DNA of 41,079 nucleotides from Candidatus Caccoplasma sp. (GCA_045654605.1 JAZONU010000165.1:1-41079), one strand, 5' to 3'. Shown: positions 34,060 through 40,947, counted from the first letter of the stretch. Notes: generated from the sequence alone by a model not told the origin. Translations and numbers: made by a program.

Positions 34060-34261
34060 CATTTAATTATGGCTGAAAAAAAAGTAATTAACTCATATTA
34101 GTTTTTTAAGGGTGTGGGTGCATCTACAACTTTCATACACCCCCACCACTTTATAGATACCGCAGTACCATCCATCGCGGACACCCGCAGCCAAACTATC
34201 CATTTCAAAAAAACCAAATACGCAAAATTATGCGTCTGTATTATTGAAGATATTATATAAT

Positions 34262-34355
34262 CCTTTCTAAGCCCCGATCTCTTTATCGGGGTACAGTTAT
34301 ACCGTCTCAGTGACGATCTCGTCTCTGAGGGGCTTAAAATGCGTCTGAGGAAAGG
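34262..34355. other. Structured GC-richer non-coding element (nested hairpins); function and strand unknown
   Basis: CCTTTC (34262..67) pairs with GAAAGG (34350..55), and TAAGCCCC (34268..75) with GGGGCTTA (34329..36). Local hairpins are CCCCGAT/ATCGGGG (34272..91) and CTCAGTGACG-atct-CGTCTCTGAG (34306..29). Confidence 0.4.
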
Positions 34356-34392
34356 TTAAGGTTTAGGTCTGAACCTCGACAGTTCTCCTTAG

Positions 34393-34704
34393 TTAGTATG
34401 ATGACATGTATTCGTCCTCCATGCTGAAAATGATGATTGACGGGTCATCATGGCACTCACAGTAGTCCCTGACGATGCTGTACCAATAATAACCGTCATC
34501 CTCGTCCTTGTGACCATGAGCCCTTAAGTATATGTTAATGTGCCTCATGTACTCTCGCGATACCTTTAGATTGCTCGTCATATCAGCCATCAGTGCCTTA
34601 CTTACCTTTATTTCGGTTTGCCCGAAGCAGTCCGGTATCTCATTAAGTATTGCCTTTCCAAGGCGAATGGCGTTGTGCTTAATGTCCTTTCCTTTCTTTA
34701 ACAT
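34393..34704 (-). CDS. Hypothetical protein (103 aa), second gene of a two-gene operon
   Basis: ORF track. It starts 5 nt after the stop of 34710..34991. No motif recognised. Confidence 0.5.
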   Translation of the reverse strand: MLKKGKDIKHNAIRLGKAILNEIPDCFGQTEIKVSKALMADMTSNLKVSREYMRHINIYLRAHGHKDEDDGYYWYSIVRDYCECHDDPSIIIFSMEDEYMSSY

Positions 34705-34709
34705 AGCTC

Positions 34710-34991
34710 TTATATTTTGTTGGTTAAACTTTCAAGTCTAATATTGCCGTCAACAACCTCAAATGAATCAAACTCTCTATCTGCGGTATCGCGCATCCAA
34801 AAAGTATCCAACCACTCATCGTTTTCCGTTTCGACGAGCAATGTCAAATAATTAACATTCTCATACTCATAATCACTATCGAATATTGGAGAGCATTCTA
34901 TACCTTCTTCCGATACAAATATTGGAAGGCCGTCCTTTATTTCCGTTATCGTCCAAACCACACCGTCAACGTTTATTACTTCTTTTACCAT
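34710..34991 (-). CDS. Small, strongly acidic hypothetical protein (93 aa)
   Basis: About 23 Asp/Glu against 6 Lys/Arg, counted by hand. First gene downstream of the -7 box at 35102..35109. Confidence 0.5.
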   Translation of the reverse strand: MVKEVINVDGVVWTITEIKDGLPIFVSEEGIECSPIFDSDYEYENVNYLTLLVETENDEWLDTFWMRDTADREFDSFEVVDGNIRLESLTNKI

Positions 34992-35096
34992 AATCTTTAT
35001 TTATTTTAATATTAAACTTCTTTTTAAAATGCTTGGGCTATGCTCCCGCACCACCCAAGCCAAACATGGAAAAATATTTCTTAGAATTAGTTATTA

Positions 35097-35222
35097 CATG
35101 GCAAAGATACACATAATCTGCGAGAAAAGGAAGAAATTTATGTTAAATAATGTTAAAGGATTTGGAGCGTATCATTTTGCGCGTTAACTTTGCAGTTGCT
35201 CGGAGGTGTATACCTTATTATA
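35097..35222. repeat. Copy A of a diverged direct repeat (regulatory block); partner 37607..37732
   Basis: Column-by-column alignment at an exact offset of 2510 bp. Two well-conserved blocks: 35141..35167 (24 of 27 matches) and 35184..35222 (38 of 39). Confidence 0.85.
35102..35109 (-). promoter_or_regulatory. Bacteroides-type -7 box TATCTTTG (TAnnTTTG)
   Basis: Reverse complement of caaagata. It lies about 110 nt upstream of the start at 34991. Confidence 0.5.
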
Positions 35223-35223
35223 A

Positions 35224-35805
35224 TTACATATAACGATTTGGTTTTTTCAGTTTAATACTCCCAAGTATCGACTTGTCGGTGGTAACTGTTCTTTTCTTTT
35301 CTATGAACGAGTCCTTATCAGCATAGCATGTCGCATCACCCTTTGCACTGACATATACAACATAGTCATTCTTCACAACTACGCCAAAAACATTCTTGAC
35401 CTTTGCATAAAACTTGACTTCATAGATGGTTGGCCTATGCCATTTCTCATACGCGATGGAATCCAATCCACTATAATTGCATTCAACAAATTTTCTATCT
35501 GTCACTTTATACTCATGTTTGCCTGTATGTGTCATTGTGATATAACCGTAGTATGTTGTAATGTTAGAATCAGATGCCGGTATTATGTTAATAACCATTG
35601 AATTCATTCCCGCATCTTCGCCGTATTCATCACAAAGTACCAAAGACGACGGGATTGATAGATTGCGTCTTAGTTCATTCAAAGCGATTTTCTTAATGCG
35701 GGTTTCATCTGACTCAGTCTTGATATTGAAATCGAAGATACTTACTGTCTGCGCTACTACTGCGAATAAACAAGCAAAAATTACGAATTCTAAAAGTTTT
35801 TTCAT
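35224..35805 (-). CDS. Exported protein (signal peptide, possibly a lipoprotein), moron candidate
   Basis: The N-terminal MKKLLEFVIFACLFAVVAQTVS is hydrophobic and contains a Cys. Last gene of the four-gene minus-strand cassette. Confidence 0.6.
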   Translation of the reverse strand: MKKLLEFVIFACLFAVVAQTVSIFDFNIKTESDETRIKKIALNELRRNLSIPSSLVLCDEYGEDAGMNSMVINIIPASDSNITTYYGYITMTHTGKHEYKVTDRKFVECNYSGLDSIAYEKWHRPTIYEVKFYAKVKNVFGVVVKNDYVVYVSAKGDATCYADKDSFIEKKRTVTTDKSILGSIKLKKPNRYM

Positions 35806-35823
35806 TGTGAATGTCTTATTTAA

Positions 35824-35892
35824 TTAATTATTTAATACTTTACTTATAATGTCTTTTGATACTGCCTCTCTTTTTTGTTCCTCAGCGAGTTT
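35824..35892 (-). pseudogene. Fossil 3' end (22 codons plus stop) of a paralogue of 36712..37401
   Basis: It translates to KLAEEQKREAVSKDIISKVLNN-stop, compared with QLAEEQRKEAISKDVISKVINH-stop at the end of 36712..37401. There are about 10 nt mismatches in roughly 70 nt. No upstream ORF is attached. Confidence 0.7.
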
Positions 35893-35913
35893 CTGTATAC
35901 CTTATTATATATA

Positions 35914-36699
35914 TTAATTCTTGTTCGGCAAAATGTCATTCATTATATGACCCAATGGGTCTTTTTCCCACTTTGCCTTTTCCATACGCTCATTTTTTCT
36001 TTTTTCTCCGAGTTCAGTAAGACTAACGCTATATAGTATTGAGGGATTCTTAACTTCTTTCCACTCCATTGTATAATTCGTCACAACAGAAATTTTCGCT
36101 ATGTCTTTCGATATTGTAACAATATTCTCTCGTATGTAATTAAATCTTTCCTTTAAATGAGATTCGAGTGTTTTATTAAAAGATATAGTTTCTTCCTTAA
36201 ACAGAACCCCATAAAATTCGTATTCATTAGGTACTACAATTTCGTAATCTTCTTTTAAAGTTGTGTTTGGATTAAATGACAGCGCCTTTTGTGTAAGTAT
36301 TATCTCTACTTTTACTTCGTAGTACTCTGAAAGTTCTTCTATTTCTTCCTCTGTCACTATTTGTTGCTTTTCTTTATACTCGACATTGCAGTAGGCATCC
36401 AATATATCGCTTGATTTTATCTCATTAGTCCTCAACAAATTCAGATATCTAAGACGATCGTATCCTGCTGATCTACCAAATAAATTATTCAAACCTACAA
36501 CAACTTCTTTTTTATTAATAAGTTTTAATGCTTTGTCGAATGTCTCTCTCGTTATTTCTTCTTTGATGTCCTTTTTTTCCAAATTTTTCTCTTTTTTTGT
36601 CTCACTTTTATTATTGGCTCTCCAATATACACCGTCAACTTGAGAATATGTACCAATGCTAATAAAAATACATACTACTAATAATAATACCCTTTTCAT
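35914..36699 (-). CDS. Exported protein (signal peptide), distant paralogue of 36712..37401
   Basis: N-terminal MKRVLLLVVCIFISIGTYSQ. Shared features are RYLN, EYYEVKV/EHYSVSI, and SLTELGEKRKNE/ELSEYGKEQLAE near the C-terminus. Confidence 0.6.
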   Translation of the reverse strand: MKRVLLLVVCIFISIGTYSQVDGVYWRANNKSETKKEKNLEKKDIKEEITRETFDKALKLINKKEVVVGLNNLFGRSAGYDRLRYLNLLRTNEIKSSDILDAYCNVEYKEKQQIVTEEEIEELSEYYEVKVEIILTQKALSFNPNTTLKEDYEIVVPNEYEFYGVLFKEETISFNKTLESHLKERFNYIRENIVTISKDIAKISVVTNYTMEWKEVKNPSILYSVSLTELGEKRKNERMEKAKWEKDPLGHIMNDILPNKN

Positions 36700-36711
36700 A
36701 CCGTTGTTTAA

Positions 36712-37401
36712 TTAATGATTTATTACTTTACTTATAACGTCTTTTGATATTGCTTCTTTTCTTTGCTCCTCAGCGAGTTGCTCCTTACCATACTCAGATA
36801 ATTCAACCGTTATTAAATCTGAGAAATCAACTACATTACCATCCTTTGAAATATATACAGTCTTTACTATTTTAATCTCGTCAATTCCGGCTTTTTTAAT
36901 TACATTGCCGCAATTAAGCAATCCATCCCTATAAATTTCTGTTGCCATAAATGAATAACCATTTCCTAATATACACTCAGGTTTTAACGATAGTGTGATA
37001 GATACTGAATAATGTTCTTCTGTGATGCGTTTTTCTGTTTGATATACAAATACATCTTTATTCTTGTGTTCAGTGGTGTATTCCATCTTCTTTATGTCTG
37101 AAATATCATCTATCTTTGCACCCAATACATTCTTTTTATTGAAATTCAAATATCTGCATTGTCTCCAAATGTCCAAATCCTCAATGATGTTTTGCTTTGT
37201 CTCTTCTCTGTTCAAATAATCAATCGTATAATCCAATGCAATCTTGACTAACTCTTTTTCGTCAATCATGACGGATGTGGTACTATTCAACTTATCATGG
37301 GCTTTCTTACTTTCAATAGACCACCTTAGATATAGACAAATTGAATTAATTATGACAAATGCTATAAAACCGATCAGTAAATACTTTAATACCTTTTTCA
37401 T
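36712..37401 (-). CDS. N-terminally membrane-anchored protein
   Basis: MKKVLKYLLIGFIAFVIINSICLYL is a hydrophobic anchor. See 35914..36699 for the paralogue. Confidence 0.6.
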   Translation of the reverse strand: MKKVLKYLLIGFIAFVIINSICLYLRWSIESKKAHDKLNSTTSVMIDEKELVKIALDYTIDYLNREETKQNIIEDLDIWRQCRYLNFNKKNVLGAKIDDISDIKKMEYTTEHKNKDVFVYQTEKRITEEHYSVSITLSLKPECILGNGYSFMATEIYRDGLLNCGNVIKKAGIDEIKIVKTVYISKDGNVVDFSDLITVELSEYGKEQLAEEQRKEAISKDVISKVINH

Positions 37402-37413
37402 TGTCTTTAAACC

Positions 37414-37593
37414 TTAAATAGTTGAAGTAATTAATAAATAAACCAAGCAGCCAATCAGAAAACATACTGTAAAGATGATGAGCATTATTTTTCCAACTCC
37501 CAAACCAAACTTGAACAACCATACAAAAATGTCAACCATGACATTGTTTTTAAATAAACCTTCCTTCATTTTTCCAATCTTTTTAACTGTCAT
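37414..37593 (-). CDS. Small two-helix membrane protein
   Basis: The track ORF starts at a TTG (37614) that overlaps the -7 box. The first ATG is at 37593, with another at 37569. Hydrophobic segments are VMVDIFVWLFKFGLGVG and IMLIIFTVCFLIGCLVYLLI. Confidence 0.4.
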   Translation of the reverse strand: MTVKKIGKMKEGLFKNNVMVDIFVWLFKFGLGVGKIMLIIFTVCFLIGCLVYLLITSTI

Positions 37594-37606
37594 TCTCTCT
37601 TGATGA

Positions 37607-37732
37607 CATTGCAAATATAGTAATAAAATCCCACATTAGGAAATATTTTATGTTAAATAACGTTAAACGATTTGGAGGTATCGGAAAAACGATTTAACTT
37701 TGCAGTTGCTCGGTGGTGTATACCTTATTATA
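37607..37732. repeat. Copy B of the diverged direct repeat (partner 35097..35222)
   Basis: See copy A. The last 21 bp, TGTATACCTTATTATATATAT (37717..37737), recur exactly at 35894..35914. Confidence 0.85.
37612..37619 (-). promoter_or_regulatory. Bacteroides-type -7 box TATATTTG
   Basis: Reverse complement of caaatata. Same repeat column as the box at 35102..35109. It sits upstream of the four-gene cassette. Confidence 0.5.
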
Positions 37733-37737
37733 TATAT

Positions 37738-37770
37738 GGGAGGGGGGACGCGGCGAGCGAGGGGGGAGGG
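37738..37770 (+). other. G-rich mirror repeat GGGAGGGGGG-N13-GGGGGGAGGG (potential G-quadruplex or triplex)
   Basis: Read directly from the sequence. It contains four G-tracts of 3 or more and is the only such GC-rich tract noticed in this AT-rich window. Confidence 0.6.
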
Positions 37771-37899
37771 CAAACTATAAGTTGAACTATGTTGTTATAC
37801 CTATTCGTTTTCTTTTTAAGCGTAAATCTTATTATTTGAACAATGTTTAAAAGAAAACTAACCCTTGGATCGGCTAACTCTTGGAGGTCTTACCCATTA

Positions 37900-38595
37900 T
37901 CAAAACGATGTCTCAACCCAACTTGAACTGCTGACCTTTTCCTTATCAACTACTGATAGGTATTCTTCCTGCGTAAGCCAATTCTTTTCTTCAGTTATTA
38001 ATCCTAAATGTGCTGCTTTGTACAGTTCTGTATTTGATAGTTTATTTGAAGGTATATTTCCTATTTTATTTATAGTTTCATTTCCATTTTTCTTTTCCTT
38101 TATATTTTCCTTTTCATTTTTATTTATATTTCCATTTACATTTACCATTACATTTTCATTTATCTTTATATTTACCTTTTCATTTACATTTACCTTTTCA
38201 TTTACCATTACAGCCGGCTCATGATTTATAAGGTTTTTTAAAAGCAAATAACTTGGTTTTTTTGTTATCTCATATGAATCGTTCAGAATGTTATCAAAGT
38301 TGAGATAATACTTACCGGCAATGGATGATTGCCCTTTTGTCCTTTTCTTACCGTTTTCGTAGTCCAACAGTCCAAAGTCCTTTAGTTCTAATTTGGCACC
38401 GTTCACAGCACCCTTTGTAAGTTCAGTCCTTTCGCATATCATATCCCTACTAACAATGATGATACCCGTATCCTTAGCCTCAGACCTTGCGTAATAATAA
38501 AGCAGATAGCCAAGCAGTATCTTAGCGTCTTCGCTCATGTCCTCACTCTTTATAATGCGAGGCGGTAAATCTTTAATGTAAATTGTTTTTGCCAT
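37900..38595 (-). CDS. Winged-helix (HTH_36-like) DNA-binding protein; repressor or replication-initiator candidate
   Basis: MSEDAKILLGYLLYYYARSEAKDTGIIIVSRDMICERTELTKGAVNGAKLELKDFGLL fits the wHTH pattern found in replication and regulatory proteins. An N/K/E/V low-complexity linker and a roughly 55-aa C-terminal domain follow. Confidence 0.55.
   Translation of the reverse strand: MAKTIYIKDLPPRIIKSEDMSEDAKILLGYLLYYYARSEAKDTGIIIVSRDMICERTELTKGAVNGAKLELKDFGLLDYENGKKRTKGQSSIAGKYYLNFDNILNDSYEITKKPSYLLLKNLINHEPAVMVNEKVNVNEKVNIKINENVMVNVNGNINKNEKENIKEKKNGNETINKIGNIPSNKLSNTELYKAAHLGLITEEKNWLTQEEYLSVVDKEKVSSSSWVETSF
38078..38215. repeat. AT-rich imperfect tandem repeat (ATTTAC/CATTTAC units, 6 to 18-bp phasing) inside the wHTH gene
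   Basis: Examples: ttcatttacatttacctt (38179..38196) followed by ttcatttaccattaca, and tccatttacatttaccattaca at 38131. It encodes NEKVNVNEKVNIKINENVMVNVNGNINKNEKEN. Confidence 0.7.
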
Positions 38596-38750
38596 ATGTT
38601 AATTAATTTTTTTATCTGCATTTTATCTTTAAATATATCAATATGTGCAAAGAGTACAAAAAAAGATCGAAAAAAAACAATTTCTTTCAATCTTTTTATC
38701 CAAATGTTAAAATTTTTGCTTAAAAATTGTTTTTTCTCAAATAATTTTGG

Positions 38751-38758
38751 TATATTTG
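38751..38758 (+). promoter_or_regulatory. Bacteroides-type -7 box TATATTTG
   Basis: Exact TAnnTTTG match, with a partial -33 (ATTG) 21 nt upstream. It lies 39 nt before the ATG at 38798. Confidence 0.45.
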
Positions 38759-38797
38759 TCGTATAGAAAGATATTTATAGAGAAAGAGAAAAATATC

Positions 38798-39262
38798 ATG
38801 GATTACAACAGCATTGAGGCAAGACATCAGCGGCTTGCACAGTTAAAAGAGGAATTGGCAAAGGACAAGAGGAAGAAACAGAAAAGGGATCGGCTTGAAG
38901 GTATAATGGTTCAAGAGAAGATTGACCGTCTGAAGAATGAAAATGCAATCCTAAGAGAATTGTTACAGACGGGTAAAAAGTATCTTGAAAAGGCTAAGAA
39001 CCTCAATCCAATAACCAAGCCAATGACAACGGCTGATTTTGAGTTGTGGCTTGACGGTGTATCCCTTACAAAGGATGAACATATTGAAAGCCTAAAGAAG
39101 CAGTTCCTTGATTTGCTTGAAAGACGGGAGAAACTGAAGAATTTCAAAAATCAGAATCTCGCTGAGAAGAAACTTGCCATCAACTCATTGGCTATAGAGT
39201 CTGTGCTGACAGATATTGAGGCTTATGAGAATGGACAAGGGGTAATAAGATTTCCATATTAA
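38798..39262 (+). CDS. Coiled-coil hypothetical protein
   Basis: The track ORF starts at a TTG (38747) that overlaps the promoter box; the first ATG is at 38798. The N-terminal half is K/E/R-rich and heptad-like. Confidence 0.5.
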   Translation: MDYNSIEARHQRLAQLKEELAKDKRKKQKRDRLEGIMVQEKIDRLKNENAILRELLQTGKKYLEKAKNLNPITKPMTTADFELWLDGVSLTKDEHIESLKKQFLDLLERREKLKNFKNQNLAEKKLAINSLAIESVLTDIEAYENGQGVIRFPY

Positions 39263-39444
39263 TAACCTGTTGAAGAAAGATAAAATAAAAGCATAATTAA
39301 CACTTTTTTTTCAGTACATTGTTTGGCACCGGTTCGTTGTGATAACGCGCCGGTGCTTATAAAGGCCCTTCAATATCATAATATATTCTCAGTGGTGGGA
39401 GTGGTTGATATCTAAATCCGTCATATCGCCACCCCCACTTCTTT

Positions 39445-40743
39445 TTACATTATCGATACAGCATTAACCAAGTCATCTTCAGCAGATAGTTGCTCGACAT
39501 ATGCGGAAAGACTGTCAACCGATCTTCCAAGCAACGTTGCAAGAGCAATGGGACTTCCACCTTTTGCCATAAATGCCATCGCATAAGAATGCCTTGCAGC
39601 GTAAAAGGTGAGACCACTGTCAATATACGGTATATTGAGGTGTTTCTTCTGTACCAACATGTTTATCTCACCAAAGCATAGTTTCAGCCCCTTGTTAACC
39701 TCTGCCAACTCATAACTTATACGGTTCATTAACTTTTTATCATCGTTTGGCTCAATGCCTTCAAGTATTGGAATGAGCCAATGGCTTCTATTAATATGCA
39801 TAAGCGGACGTATCATTGCATCAGAATAGTCATCCTGCAGTATCCTTATCTTAACGGGTACTGATGTCTTACTTCTCTTAGTATCAATGCAGTAGTAATT
39901 CTTACCGTTGATGTGCTTAACCGTCATCTGTGAGCGCTCAAGTTTGAACATGTCAACCGGTGCAAGACCTTGCATAAGAATGCATGTCATGAAAAGCCAA
40001 AGAGGGTAGTGTTTATCCTTCTTATCGAACATGATGCTACCATTATCCTTGAGAATCATTTCCATATGCTTCTTCATAAAGGCAACGGTTGTGTAGTGTA
40101 TATAACCGTTCTTTATTGGAGTCTTCAGTTTCTTAGCATAGTTCCATGACAGTAATGGATTAACGGTTATAACCTTCTTTTCTACTGCATATGAAAGCAC
40201 TGCTTGTATGCATGATAGATTGGCTCTTATTGTACCGTCACTCAGTCCATCCTTCTTAAGTCTGTCAGCAAACTTCCTTAAGTCAGTTTCTCTCAGTTCA
40301 GCACATTCAACGGTATGTCCAACGAATGCCTCTAACTTTGATGCTGTGGAACGATGTCGCCTTGCAGTGTTATATGAAAGATGGTTGTCATTTATCATCG
40401 CTTCCATCACCTCTTTATATCGCTTCAGGGGCGCGATCTCTACGGTAGATGGTGCAAGTAACATTGCTGCTGTATACGGCTCTCCTGAGGCTTCAAAACG
40501 CGTTCTTCTTTCAATGGCTTCAGCCTTTAACTTCTGCAATATACCGTTAATGGCTGATGCGTTGGGAAATGTCTTCTTAAGGCATTGGTTCTTCTTATCC
40601 CAATCCTTTACATTACATGAGAAATGGGTTGATACTTCCTTTGTACCGTTCCATGCAGCCCTCAGCATAATGGGGTGAGTGCCATCACTCAGAGTCTTAG
40701 TAGTTCTGAGTGTTAAGTTAATTGATGCGGTAAATACTTTCAT
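39445..40743 (-). CDS. int: Tyrosine recombinase / phage integrase (Bacteroidota type with N-terminal arm-binding domain)
   Basis: 432 aa. The N-terminal MKVF...SDGTHPIMLRAAWNG...DW is typical of Bacteroides-type integrases. Catalytic-domain motifs include YAARHSYAMAF and LLGRSVDSLSAYV. It is adjacent to the right repeat. Confidence 0.9.
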   Translation of the reverse strand: MKVFTASINLTLRTTKTLSDGTHPIMLRAAWNGTKEVSTHFSCNVKDWDKKNQCLKKTFPNASAINGILQKLKAEAIERRTRFEASGEPYTAAMLLAPSTVEIAPLKRYKEVMEAMINDNHLSYNTARRHRSTASKLEAFVGHTVECAELRETDLRKFADRLKKDGLSDGTIRANLSCIQAVLSYAVEKKVITVNPLLSWNYAKKLKTPIKNGYIHYTTVAFMKKHMEMILKDNGSIMFDKKDKHYPLWLFMTCILMQGLAPVDMFKLERSQMTVKHINGKNYYCIDTKRSKTSVPVKIRILQDDYSDAMIRPLMHINRSHWLIPILEGIEPNDDKKLMNRISYELAEVNKGLKLCFGEINMLVQKKHLNIPYIDSGLTFYAARHSYAMAFMAKGGSPIALATLLGRSVDSLSAYVEQLSAEDDLVNAVSIM

Positions 40744-40848
40744 GATTCAGTCCTTTTTATAGTACATTTTATTCTTATTACACCGCTAAGTTAGGACATT
40801 TTATATTATCATCAAAGAAAATCGTAAAATATTTATAATCAAGGTGTT

Positions 40849-40947
40849 TTATTTATTACGGTTATAAATAGTGTTGTTGTAGGAGAAATACATTGATACA
40901 CCTACTAACAAGATGATAATCAATACAATAGCGATAATCATAATCAT
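40849..40947 (-). CDS. Candidate 32-aa hydrophobic micro-protein upstream of int
   Basis: Hand translation: MIMIIAIVLIIILLVGVSMYFSYNNTIYNRNK-stop. It is preceded by the same 18-nt leader that precedes the int ATG. Confidence 0.3.
   Translation of the reverse strand: MIMIIAIVLIIILLVGVSMYFSYNNTIYNRNK

Noticed and set aside
34100-34200. A tRNA or tmRNA gene in the 34-kb gap, in the att-like repeat, or at 39320..39360 (which contains GGTTCG).
   Set aside because: No cloverleaf could be drawn. There is no acceptor stem pairing, no GTTCRANNC T-loop in the right context and no anticodon arm. The stems present are simple hairpins.
39326-39356. The hairpin GCACCGG-N17-CCGGTGC between the convergent coiled-coil and integrase genes, considered as a terminator or attP core.
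   Set aside because: It has a 7-bp stem and a long loop, with no clear T-run on either strand. It may contribute to termination, but the evidence is too weak to annotate. It has no partner sequence near either repeat copy.
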